Below the pieces are notes generated by a model. That model was not told the DNA's origin. It did not search any database and worked only from the letters and a program-made list of their open reading frames with translations. A DNA stretch of 64,000 nucleotides from Marsupella aquatica (Eukaryota; Plantae; Marchantiophyta): NCBI GenBank assembly GCA_973895155.1, contig OZ316895.1, positions 1,691,094-1,755,093 on the forward strand, written 5' to 3'. The translations under genes and the position numbers were made by a program. Each line of letters begins with the position of its first letter. Positions within the stretch are counted from its first letter, which is position 1. Shown one piece after another: positions 21,741 to 34,166 of the stretch.

Positions 21741-24700
21741 CTCTTTGAGTAATAAAGGTTCATGTGACAGTGATGTAAAGGCTTCTTCATATTGGCACTT
21801 TTAGATCTAAGAAAACAATTCTTAGATAAGCAAGCACACATTGAATAAAAGGTTTTCATTTCTTTTTTTAAGAGGTGGGGATTAAAACATCAATAAGAAA
21901 TTAAAATTGGTTGATGAAAATAGAGACACTCTTCTTTGTACAGCAGGTGATTGCTTGAATTCCTAAGTCTAGTTCAAGGACAGCTATCATTCTGAGTATT
22001 TAAGATTTTAGTATATATACACTGCAAGCTGCTAAATTTTCTTACTAGAGATGACTTAGTAGATTGTAATGGTGCTCACCAACATGGTGAGGACATGCCA
22101 TGCTTTCATGCAAACTTCCCTATAAAGCATAAAAGCCTTCAGGACTAAGGCTCTATACTTGCATTTAAGAGTAATACATTAATATGCTTGAAGGCTATAT
22201 TTTAAGTTTTGCTTTTTGCTTTTTCTTGGGTAATGAACTACATATTATGACTTGCAGTATTATGACTTGCAGTATTGAAAAAATTGCACCGTCCTACAGT
22301 CAGGTACCCCTTTTCGGTTTGATGCTCAGTACTGAGGCTTTAGTTTAATTTATAGCAGTTCATTGCACCCCCAGGCTTTTTGTCTCATTAGTGTGCTTAG
22401 GGTTTCTGTTGTTTTCTCTCCTTTATTGGGTCTCTTTCCTCTGACACCATGTCTCTGATTAGGCCTTTTTTTGCTCTTTCACAGTGTTATATATCTCCCT
22501 GTGGGAGTATATGTAGACTTACATGTGCAATTGAGTGCATATAAAAAAGGTTATAGTCAATAACACCAATTTTGGGAATAGCAGTATATTGGTTAAATTC
22601 CAGTTTTTGCTAAATATAATCTAATTTATCATCTTTAATTAAATTAATCAAATTAATTGATAATGAAGTTTAGAACATCATTAAACTACACACCAAGAAT
22701 AAATAATGATCTTTGAGTGATATTGCTTTGACATCCATAGTGGGATAGAATCATGTAGAACCAACTTATCAATACAACAACCTAAATGTAATAATTCACA
22801 CATCTTTTTACATAAACATGAATGTAATTAAATGAGTTAATACATATTTACATCAATTTATGTACTTAGTGACACTTATGTCGTCGGGGTGGAGCACAGG
22901 GAAGCAACAAACCCAAGCTAGGATTGTGTATCCGGACCAGTCTAACTTCTCCCTTGATGAGTGTCGTGTTTGGTTTAAGAGGAGCAATCTACGCTTTAGA
23001 ACTTGTTAACTATCCTCTTTCGAGGGAACCCTTCGAATCTATAGCCCTAGGTTACAAGGCTTTACACAAGTGAACACACTACCAATATTAATAGCTATGA
23101 CCCTTACACTACTACTACTGTATGGAAAGCCCCTCGGAGATTCAAAGTCCGACTTACCCACAATTGATCAAAAAGGGGCACCATGCAAGGTACGGATTAC
23201 TATGCGGAAAGCATGGCTGTGCATAGTTCTTGTTATCCTAACCTTTGGTTTTGGAGTCCTTTTTACGGGCTTCCAAACCCGGCGTCCTATCATGATGGTA
23301 TCGGGACCAAGAATAGAACCTTGAGTTTGGTCTAGGTTTAGCCTGGACATCCACTCAAAGCACTCTGCTTCATCCGGACCTCCACCAGGTACCTCCCTCC
23401 TCTAGTCTGACCATGGGGTCACAAGACGGTACATAATGGCGGGGGTGAGCTTTTTAATAGTGTCCAAACCACCCAGGGGATAGGAAAAAAGAGGAGACAG
23501 ACTACCTCTTTTCCCTCCGCTACCCCCGAGAAGCTTGCATCTTGCTAAGGCAACACGTAAAGGGCCTCAGTCTAATGTGTAATTCCACTGAACTCGGGTG
23601 GGAGGTAGAACTTGAGAGCTTAATTCGCTAAGCTTCTACATCTACCTTGTTATTGCAGCTCTTCATCGTTGCTCCTATTGGAGGCAAGACACACAACCAC
23701 GAAACGATATAACTTATCCGACCTTGACACTGGTTCGGACTACTCTCCTATTGTCACTATTGTAGTATCCGAACCTCACTTCCTCAATGATAATCTCCAC
23801 TAGGAATTCAACAAAGACTGATCGACTCATCAGAACGGGGAAAGAACATTTGCATATCAATGTAGACCTGCTTACAAGATTGCACACCATGACATAACTG
23901 AATAATGTCCCCCCTCATCGCTTTGGACCAAGGGTTTAAATACTTTACAATTTGTCCTAAGAATGGGGCAATGGCCGCTGTGATCCTAACAAGCTACTCT
24001 CCTTTTCCTAACCTAGTCCTATTCATCAATTCTTCCACCTCCTTGTAAAATAGGCGACATCCCTAATTCTCTTTTGTGTGTAGCCTCCCATCACCCACCA
24101 ATTGTGGTATTCCTCGTAAATGTTAGGACCCCCACTCGTCCTCAAGCTCAATCTCCTTGTCTATGGTGTCAGGGTTGGGTTGGTACACCAAAAGATACGC
24201 CTGAGTTGGAGCTGGTGGTCCTCCGCATCTAATTATGGGGTCCTCCCCCTTCTGTTAGGAATTGACTCGAGTTCCTGACTTAGTTTATTTGGCCTTACTA
24301 GGGTTAGTTAACCCTAGATTACATTAGGATAAGATCCGCTTTGTTTAGGCCCACTCATCTTGGCCCCCTTGGGGGGTATAGGCTGGAGGGAGACCACTAT
24401 CTCCCTCATTCTTCACATGTACTCTCATTTGCTATGGAGCCTTCAAGAGTTTCTCCACTCGGGGTGTCTCGTCGGTGTAGCGTCTGATTGAGTGTCTCTC
24501 ATGTTTCCGCATTGCTGTCTAGTCCGGAGCTGACGGTTTCTTACACCTTCAAGAACTCGATGTCAATTAATAGATTGTACATTCAAGCGGCTACTGGCCC
24601 CGCCCGGCTAAACAACTTTCACATATATAATCATACCTTTACACTTTATTTCCCCATTAAGATCTACATCAATCGCCTGCTCGTCCGGATCAATTCACTA

Positions 24701-24942
24701 CTTCAATTAAGGAATGCGCAAAACAGTACCACCTAAAGTAGCAGGGATCCCTAAGTGACTACCCAAAAGGATACTAACGGGTAAGGGCATATCCATCAAC
24801 TAAGCTGAGCCAGAAGGTTTCATATATGGTGGGTCGTCGTTATGTTGGGGCAGCCACATTCTAACCCGGGGATTGTGCTGCCATATTGAGTGATACACAG
24901 CTATGGGATTGGTCTCTAGTTGTAGACCAAACCCGTCCTCAT

Positions 24943-27620
24943 CTAGAGCTCCTTGAAGAACTGATGTGGCATCCAAAATACTGCAAGTCCAGAATAATTC
25001 CCTAATCTATAATTATGTACACCTGTATGTACACTCTCTTCTAACCATCTAATTACATTCTCCATAGGAGTTACCCTTTCCCAAAATGAAGTCTTTTCCC
25101 AAATGCCTAAGAGTAAATCAGTCGGATTAAAGGGGAATTCGTCAGTTTGGATAGTATCCCCTGCACAGGCCACTGCGGCTAGATCCCAACTAATGAATAA
25201 AAGTGAGTCATGGCAATGTGACTGAATTGGGGTAATACCAAAAGATTTACAAAACTCATCCACTCATTGGATACTACAAGGTGAGAGGTGAAGTAGGGGT
25301 TGAAGATCACACGCATTTCGTTCCTCACCATACCGTGCCATCTTACTGTCTGAAGGAAGGTGACCAGACGAGGTTCCAAGCGTATACTTCCCACAATTGA
25401 GTGACTCAGATTTACCTCGTTGCCCAGGATTCCATAATCACCTTCACTAAATTGAAGACCTTCCTATGTACGAGTCCTAAACTATGAAACCAATGAAGCT
25501 TTCGTATCGGGCAGTCGAGATACGTGGTATTTGCATATGCCATCAACGATATGTAATGAGGGTGGTCAGTGTGCTCTCTCCCCAATTTGGACAGCAAGAT
25601 TTGCATGACTATGTTGTTGGCCCTCCCTCCTAATCTAAAGTATAAGTCTTCGGGTTGGGTGAAGCCTATGGCTCCTAACCACTCAAAGAAGGGCATCATG
25701 AACCTGATTTGCATTGGGATGTTGTACCATATCTTCTCACAATCATCCAGACAAATGGCCCTCTTGTTGATTCCTGCTGCAGCCAAAATAATATGAAGGG
25801 TTTCTAAACCCATAGCTTCATATACTTCTATAGCATTCCAGGATGCTATCTTTTGTCCCGTAAATATCTTCCACGAGTTCAAGCTCACCTTCTTGAGTTG
25901 CTCCAGCTTCCTCTTGTGCACCGGATCTGCTAATGCCTCCTTTAATGATGAAGCTACGTGACAGCTTCATCTCTCAAGCTCTGCACCCGTCTGCACCTCT
26001 AGATCCCAGGCTTCATAGGTATCTTTTGAAATCCAAACTACCTTACTGCATTGCTGAATAAGCTCCTTACTGGCTACGTCCTACAGCCATTTCTTCCTCT
26101 CCCTCTTCCTTCTTTCTTGAACACCTTCTTCCAACGCAACAACGTATGCTTGCTTCTCCTCTAATTGCCTCCGTAACTTGTGGGTGGTCTTCTCAGCTTC
26201 TTGGAACTTTCCCTCACACTCCAAAGCCCCCAGTCTGGCTAAAGCCTCCTTTTCAGCGAGTATCTCTGCGGTTTTCCCTCACTTTGCCAACTGGTCGGAC
26301 AACCGGATTGCCAATTGTGCTCCTTCTCCTACTCTCTACTCCAATCCTTCAATTGTTTGGCCCGTTCGCTGAGAGCTCATAGAGCTTCTGCTCCTCCCTT
26401 GCTCTATGCATCTGAATTTAAGGGTGCTTCCCCCTCCTCTTCCTCCTCGTCATCTTTGAAGTCCTCCTCATCGTACTCTGGTGCATCCACATTGATGTTG
26501 GTGGTGGATCCCAATGCGGTCCCCACTTGTACGTCCACTGGGCCTCTACTTGATCTTCTCTTTCGGACTCTTCCGAGTCCAAATCATCCAACGGAGCTCT
26601 ATTGGGTGACTCTTCGATATCGAATATATTGTATACTATTACTCCCATCTGATAAGCTATGAGCAAGGAGAATTTTGGACACCCCTTCAAATCGATCACT
26701 CGGGGGTTTCACTTCCACAAAAATGGCATATCACGTGCGACGAAGGATAGGGTCATTTTATTGGTTGTAAGGGAAGACTTAAGAATTTTTGTAGAAGAAC
26801 AATAGGGTCTTTTAAATTCAATTTTGATACTTATAAGAACATCAGGGCCTTTTTAATCCAATTTTTGGAATATTCCAACTTTATATGGGTTAAAAAATAA
26901 TATTTTTTTACTTACATTTTAGGGGGTCCAGGCCTAAAAACGTCGCAAGTGATGGGGAGGTCCCCATGTAGTGAGACCCCCGAGATTGATCATCGTGGAT
27001 ACACTTGCCTTCCATAATTGAAGAGGATGGAGACATCCGACAAACAAAGCCCTTGCGATAGCAATTCTTGGTAACGTAGCGTGATGGTATCCACTCTTGA
27101 CCATCACCCACTTGGTGCAAAACTCTATGAAGTTCCAGTACTCCTTCTGATGGATGGCTCCATATTGCATATTTCCCCTGGCTATTCGGACCTTTGTTTG
27201 TTGCAAGAAGGACGCCACGCCCTCTATCTTGATTGGGTCTATTTGGTACGAAAGCAGCAACCCTCCCACTCCTAAGAGTGCAAACATTTTGCACAGCTTT
27301 GGGTTGGAGAAAGTTAAAGTTTTCCCCTTGTATGTGATGAACATAGCGTTGGGTGACATTGTCACCTTAGTAATCTGCGAGCAGATTTCACCTGCCCGAG
27401 CGGTTGATAGATAGCGGTCCATTTGGACCATGCCATAAACTCTGGCCCTGTCCAGAATTTCTCGACTCTCCTCGATGCACTATACCTCTGCAATGGAGTT
27501 GCGGATCTTCTCTTCCAAAGAAGGAGCTCCCTTATTGTTCCTAGTCGGGGTTCTCCGCTCTCCGTGTTCCTGTTGCCTCCATTTTGCTTGATGAAACTAG
27601 TAGTGAGATTAGGGGAGTGA
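24943..27620 (-). pseudogene. Fragmented long retroelement accessory ORF (plant-transposon-protein-like N-terminus, acidic linker, coiled coil, unknown C-terminal domain)
   Basis: Serial same-strand ORF pieces; removing MITE 2 joins ...STMI-DLKGCPKF in frame; ITYKGKTLTFSNPKLCKMFAL resembles Athila/Tat-type ORF2 motifs. Confidence 0.5.
26699..26984. mobile_element. MITE 2 (CTCGGGGG family, 286 bp)
   Basis: TIR CTCGGGGGTTTCACT...AGTGAGACCCCCGAG; TSD ATCGATCA/ATTGATCA; left ~60 bp clearly homologous to MITE 1. Confidence 0.9.
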
Positions 27621-27632
27621 GCGGATCGTTGC

Positions 27633-27923
27633 CTCGGGGGGTTGAGTATCAAAAATCTTAGGAACCACGTGCGATCCAAAATAGGTATTGTTGATAGAAA
27701 TTAACTAAGTTTTTAAAAAACGTAGGAGGCAAAAGAAGGTGTTATATATAAACTCATGTTTATAGAATATTCTCTAATATATACCTTTTATAAAGTAAAA
27801 TAGGTCATTAATATTAAAAATGGAGAATATTCTTGGGATATTTTCTTTATAAAATATGTCTATTTATATTAGGCTAGGATCGCACGTGGTACCCCAAAAT
27901 ATACACTTAGTTAACCCCCCAAG
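27633..27923. mobile_element. MITE 3 (related subfamily, 291 bp, AT-rich interior)
   Basis: TIR CTCGGGGGGTTGAGT...AGTTAACCCCCCAAG; inner inverted repeat ACCACGTGCGATCC/GGATCGCACGTGGT; TSD ATCGTTGC/ATTGTTGC. Confidence 0.85.
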
Positions 27924-30900
27924 ATTGTTGCGCTGTGTTCTAGCGAGTGCTTTAGTCGGACGCGAGAGTCGATGAGTGCGCAAATGCCTTGTGAGGCAAA
28001 ATCTAGCCCGCCTCTCTGTCTTATGGTCAAAGGGTCCCTCTCTTAGGTCCTTGAGTGTCCGGAAGGGCGGGATGGCCCTTCGCTGTGCAAGCGTGAGGGC
28101 GTCTTAGTCTAGCGCCCACTTAATGATGGCCTTAGATACAGTTTTACTCTGGGGGCTACTTACAATCAGCCTCTACTCATTACTAAGTAAAGGCACGGCA
28201 CCTGACGTGATTGATACACAGATCCCCTTAAGTTCAGACCAGCAGCGGTACCTTAAGTACCCATTATGGTTGTCTCAACGGTTTTTAGGACAATAAGTGT
28301 GCTTTACTATAAACGACAAAAAGATTGGGGTCCGCACAAATACAATATGTAGTCAGTTACTTCTTAAGTCATCCTCTTGCTCTGGGAGCATAGGCACACT
28401 CTCTTTTTTTTTTGGGGGGGGGGGGGGGCGAGGGCGTTGGAGTATAGGCAGACTGAAGCTTGCACATGAGTGAATACAAAAAGCAGGAGCAGATCAAGAT
28501 GTCTCCTTCAATATGCGTGTGCTTCTCCTTTGTCATGTTAGCTCTTGTTAGCACCTTTACCATACATAGCTACATGGTCTAATGCCTTCCTATTTTAGCG
28601 TATTAAAAATACACAAAAATTATGTTATTATATCATAACTAACTAAATTTATTGTAAAATTTCACACACGGAAGAAGGGGTTAATCGAGGTACAGAGTAG
28701 GGACTGTGGGAGACTTATAAAGATTTCTAAAGTAAGTACAATATAAGGATGGGATCCTATTTAAAAGTTGTGTAGCACATGCTTGGTGGTGGCCTATGGT
28801 TTGTGATTGTAGGTAGAGGGCTCGAACCCTGCTCCTCAGCATGCATGCATTCTTTTCATCCCCGTTTTCATCAAAGATGACAGGCCTTGAAAATGGGCAA
28901 ATTTATAATACAATTAAATTAAAAAATAATACTATGGAAGGGTTGGCAGAGAAAGACATGAAAAGATATTTGGCGCCAATTGAATTCATTCAAATTGAAT
29001 GGAATAAAAAACAAGACTACCCTTGTAGGCCAAAATTAGAATATCAATAATAACCAAGAAATGGGATTGGGAGACCAAAACAGAGGTGTGCAACCATTCC
29101 TCCCACTATCATATTTGGGTTCGTCTTGGTGATTAAACGAGTAGGTAAATGGACACTAGGTTGATCAAAGGATCCTACCCCTGGATGAACGCTACCCTAC
29201 CCTACCCTCCCCAAGCTATTGTACCCTCAAATATACCTTCAGGATTTTGGGCTCCCAATGTTGCTTCGCTCCATCTCAAAAAGGCTTAATTCAGTCAATT
29301 ACTTTTGGAGTTTGCTCTCTATTGACAAAATTAAGTGGTTTTTTCAAAATATTTGAAACTAATGATGAGCCATGTACTATCTACTATATAGTCATTTCTG
29401 ACAGCCCTTTTTATTTTTCCATTTCCTTAGTTTAATTAGGTTTCTATATTTTATTTATCAGACACCTTAATGGCATTGTTTGTTACTTACTGTACATGAG
29501 AAGGTTAGTCCCTTCAACCAGGCAACCAGAATTTTGTTTATTGATGGAGTGCAACTTATATGTTCATTGGTTATAAAGTTTACGATGTTTATGGTTTATC
29601 AACAGGTGTCACCTAAATAGGGAACCCCTCCAAACAGAGCAGAAAATTTAAAAGGTACTAACTTTTCTTTGAATCACAAAGTACTGTACCTATATAGGTA
29701 CAATTGACTGCACATTCAAATTAATGTAGTTGTCTCACTTGTCTCCCTTAGAAAGTATTGTACCTCTCTCACTTTTTTTCATTAACTTTCTTCTAATCAT
29801 TCTTTCAATACATGTGCTTCATAACCTAGTCAAATTAAAATGTTTTCTCATATGAACTCTTATAATGATTGCATGTGGCTTTACTGGATAAGTCCAAATA
29901 GGCATGTATTAGGATGAACATCTACATCAGCAAGTTGTGTGTGCATTCATACACAGGAAAGGTCTTATCAGATTCGGATGGTATCAACACACAGTCGGGA
30001 GAATCTATTCGCTGATAGATTAGTCAACAACTCAAACACAGTGGATGTGGAGTGAGGTGGGAGGCTCAACGTGACAAAGAATTCTAAGAATATGGTCACT
30101 ACGAGCCTTGCAGGTTGTCCATAGTACAGGGTATAATGAATGCTCGTCTTCAACCTCTTTTCACTCATTGTCCAATGATTATTGGAATTCAGAGGGAGAA
30201 ACCCTCCGGCCAGCCAGGTATCAGCACTTGTAGAGGAAAACCATAACTCCAGAAGAACGTCATCCTTCAGTACATATTCAATGCAAGCCAAATGCCTTAA
30301 CGTTTTCCTTCCATCTGCCCAAGTCACTACTGGCATCACGAAGCAAATCTTTCTATCGCGTTTAGATAGACAGATGGGAACCAACTTAAAGAAAGCCCCT
30401 CCCTCAAGAGGATTAAGATAGTCTACAATCTAGAATCAAACCTGTGCAATGCTTCGACATCATGCAAACGACAAGAGAGTAGTGCTAGTGTTAGAGATAC
30501 ACCCAAGGCCATTCGAAGAAAGCCCCACAAAAGTCATTCACAAACAGAGTTGCTCTCAGGCAAATGATCTTTAATTTAAAAGTGGTTCAAAGTTGCCCAA
30601 AGACAAGATCAGCGTAGAGGCAGTGACAAAGACCACGGCTTGCTCGTTTATATCATCTTCAATAAAAGTATGCGACAACATCCTCGTATTACTGAGAGAC
30701 CAATCCACCAACTTTCATGACTATGACCAAACAATGAGCGGAAAGATTATGAAACTGAATAAGGTGTGCTGGCAGTAACATTAAACTAACGGATCTTTAG
30801 GACCCCTTTCATATGAAGCAGGCACCCCCTGTCTTCTGGAGGAAAGGAACACTATTCAAGTACAACGGCACAGCCCACAAGATCATAACGAGTTTTCAGG

Positions 30901-31704
30901 TTCTCGACCTTATCATCGGGTCGGTCCCAGCATCTCTAGTTATGTTAAGAAATAGACATCCGCAGAGATGACACAGGTCCACACATGCCTGCGATAAGGA
31001 GAGACCTTGAAGAAGGTATACGGGGAAGCGCGTGCGGGAGGGGGTAGTTGGACGTTGCAAACACGGGAGTCTGTAATTCTCAGGTGTTTGAGAATTACAA
31101 ACAAGGCAAGCGAGAATTGTAGAGAGTACGACATTCACATCAACGAAGGGGTAAAATCTGTAGAACTGCAGCGAGGACTTCCAATTGTTACTGTGCAAAT
31201 ACTGCAACATTCGTCATGGCTTCTCACGGTCAACAACACAAACAATCAGAAAACAACTTACACCAAAGTACATTATAGAGAATTTTGAGAGCCCGGTGAG
31301 AAACTGCCTTGATGTAAAGAGCTTGTTTCTATCTCCAAGGGAAACAACAGTGGGTGACGCAGGGAGTCGAAATAACCCAAGGCCCACAAAGGGAATTGAT
31401 CCTTGGGGCATTATTCATTCCCATATCCCAGACTTATTGTTCAACTTCATCCGAAGCCATCCTAGATTTAGGATTGGTTGGCAGGCCACTTTAAAATCCT
31501 ATCCCTTTCAATCCCATTCATGCCCTTCAACAATTAAACTCACGGTCGAGTTCTCAAACAAATTAAATTCAGGCCCCTGAGCCACCATGCATCTAGTGAC
31601 TGGTTGCCTGTTTAGCTGGATAGAGAATAGCAGCCGCGAAATTCTCCAAAAAATGAGCTACCTTAACAGCCTTGCGTCGGTCTTCATATTTAGCTGCTAT
31701 GGAC

Positions 31705-33500
31705 TTACCCAGTGATCACAGAATTAAGAGAACTATACACCTCTAGTCCAATTTGTGCCTCAGCCTTCTCCAGATCTGTGTTGGCAGTGTTGACCTTCTC
31801 CATATACTCAGCCAATCCAGTTTTAACTGCCTCAGGGTCCACTTGGTCCAGTGGCACTGCTTCCACCGCCACAACATCCAAAACAGAATTTTGATGAGCA
31901 AAAGCAAACCCACTGCTGACAAAGTACTTCTGAATGTTGTCACCCTCGTGGATGCTGAGAATGCCAGGCTTGAGCTCTGCTATAGTGGGGACATGCCCTG
32001 GTAACACACCAAGCTGTCCTGTTGATGCGGGTAGGATGACCAAGTCCGCCTGTGTGCAGAGCAAAGGAATCCACATGTCAACTTCCATAATCTGCACCTC
32101 ACTCACCTCTCGTCAGAGACTGTGTGCTGCAGATTGTGCTTTGCTGTAGCTAGACGGGTCCGCAAAGAGCTCTAAGTGAAATCCAATGAAGGAACGCTCG
32201 CGTGCACAGGCAGCCAAACGACAGAGGGATAGAAGATGTAATGCACAAGAGGGCCACAAATGAGTTTGAGTCAGAGCAAGTAACAAATCTCTGTTGTGTG
32301 ACAGGAAATTGGAGATAACTATGTTCTATACTGACACGAAAAAGATTCCTGACGACGACCTCATCTGGATGCCTTACGAGTTTCACGGCGAATTAGATCC
32401 AAGCTAACAAAATTGGCCATGGAAGAATTTGAACGTCTTCAGCTTCTTTGAGCCAATAGCAGACAGCAATATGTCTGCGAAACTTATAATTTGGTGAAGA
32501 GCCAGGCCGGTAGACAAACCGTAGGAGTTGCAAGCATGACAATTATTGAGAGCTTAATAAGTAGGAATCCACACGTAATTTGAGACAGGTATTGAATAAG
32601 AAAAAAATATATTCAAGTTCACAAATCCTCAAAATGGGAACAGGAACGCAGCTTCAAGCCCGCGACCCATGAATTAAAAGGCTGAATCAATTTGGAAGAC
32701 GGAGAAGCCGAGCCAGGTAGGCATGAGCAACCAAATCTTAAGCCAGAAAAGGGTGACCTAAAGGGCATAAAACTCACTGATTGCTATCTCTTCAGCAATG
32801 CTTCGAATGAATTTCCCTATACAGACCTGATTTAAACAGGAAAAAATGTCTTCACTGAAATGTGAAAGTAGAGACAAGGACGTAGGAAAGAAGGCGTGCT
32901 TAAGCTAAAAAAACGTCCATCACGATCCTAGTCCAAATTAAAGAGAACAGTGAGCAGTAGAATGGCAAGTTCTGGCTAGATTTGCGGTCAGCAGAGCAAG
33001 AGTTCGTGGAACGGAGGGGTGCGAGAGGCTGGACATAGCTCGATTCAACAGGCAGCATGTGTCCAGCCTCACGGCCACAGGAAGACTGAGATGAAGGTGG
33101 GGATCGGTAGAAAGAGGAGAGATTCAGTTCGTTGCAAAGGCTATAGGAGAAACTTTAGGTACACGAGAAGTGCGAGACAAGTAGCCGGTCAGTAACTGGC
33201 AAATGTGGAACAAACCTCCTTGCTTTCAATCTCGAACTTGTAGGGAAGCGAGAGGTTGACGGTCACGCTGGTGGGGATGGTAGCAGGAGTTTCCGGGCGC
33301 TTCTTCATGTAGGAGACGGGAAACCTGGGCAGATCCAGGTTGGGCGCTACTTTCCTCCAAGCGTCCTTGAACTCATCCGGCACCGCCTCTCCAGAAGGGT
33401 TCTCCGTCGCGTAGGAGCGAGCTGCCACTGTCCTGATGGGCTCAGCTGCGACCCCTCTCCATGCTCGCAGCCCTGCCCTCGCTGCCTGCTTGCCCAACAT
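31705..33500 (-). CDS. ATP16: Mitochondrial F1 ATP synthase subunit delta (delta'), exons 33216-33500 and 31705-32049, ~209 aa
   Basis: Arg/Ala-rich presequence, [56 protein letters not shown]; GT..AG phase-0 intron. Confidence 0.95.
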
Positions 33501-33787
33501 CTCGCCTTCGTCCGCTCGTCGGTGGTTTCACTTCAGGCTCTCTCCTCGCCGTTCTCGATCGGTCAGGCCGCTGTGAAGGTAGTAGGAAATCGAATGTGCA
33601 ACAACAGCTTCTCGTCTTGGCTCGTCCCTCTCATTCTCTCGTCCGTCCGCCCGAGCTCTGTTTGATCAGGAGAGCATTTGCTGGTGTGGTGTTCTCTCAC
33701 TCTCTTTGTCTGCTTCCTTTGCTTCCTTTGCTTCGAGCTTTGCAGTAGTGCAAATTGGAAACGGAAAAGATCACTGATGACGGAACT

Positions 33788-34166
33788 GGCTTTTTCTTCT
33801 CTAAATTAAGGCTGGCCCTCTTGGCCTCCCTGCCCTCCTAATTCTTTGGAGCATTTAGCAGGGGGTCTCGGCTTTTTATTCTCTAAAAGGCTGGCCCTCT
33901 TGGCCTCCCTGCCCTCCTAATTCTTTGGAGCATTTAGCAGGGGGTCTCGGCTTTTTCTTCTCTATAAGGCTGGCCCTCTTGGCCTCCCTGCCCTCCTAAT
34001 TCTTTGGAGCATTTAGCAGGGGGTCTCGGCTTTTTCTTCTCTACAAGGTTGGCCCTCTTGGCCTCACTGCCCTCCTAATTCTTTGGAGCGTTTAGCAAGG
34101 GGTCTTGGCATTTTCTTCTCCAAGTCTGGCCCTCTTGGCTCCTAATTATGTGGAGCATTTAGCAGG
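33788..34166. repeat. 79-bp tandem repeat, ~4.7 units, upstream of ATP synthase delta
   Basis: Unit GGCTTTTTCTTCTCTATAAGGCTGGCCCTCTTGGCCTCCCTGCCCTCCTAATTCTTTGGAGCATTTAGCAGGGGGTCTC starting at 33788, 33870, 33949, 34028, 34107. Confidence 0.97.

Larger units (their letters stand above)
22879..28340 (-). mobile_element. Truncated LTR-retrotransposon remnant (probably Ty3/gypsy Athila/Tat-like 3' part): putative 3' LTR ~22879-23904, PPT ~23905-23916, accessory ORF, no gag/pol seen
   Basis: Minus-strand end CCCCGACGACA; purine tract GAGGGGGGACA next to the LTR start; lies within a ~6 kb interruption of sequence collinear with 5725-6225. Confidence 0.5.

Noticed and set aside
22879-28318. Complete element bounded by TGTCGT...ACGACA
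   Set aside because: Flanks (ACTTA vs AAAAG) give no TSD, and no second LTR copy is visible
33788-34166. Regular repeats suggestive of a CRISPR array
   Set aside because: Units are contiguous with no unique spacers; eukaryotic context and no cas genes
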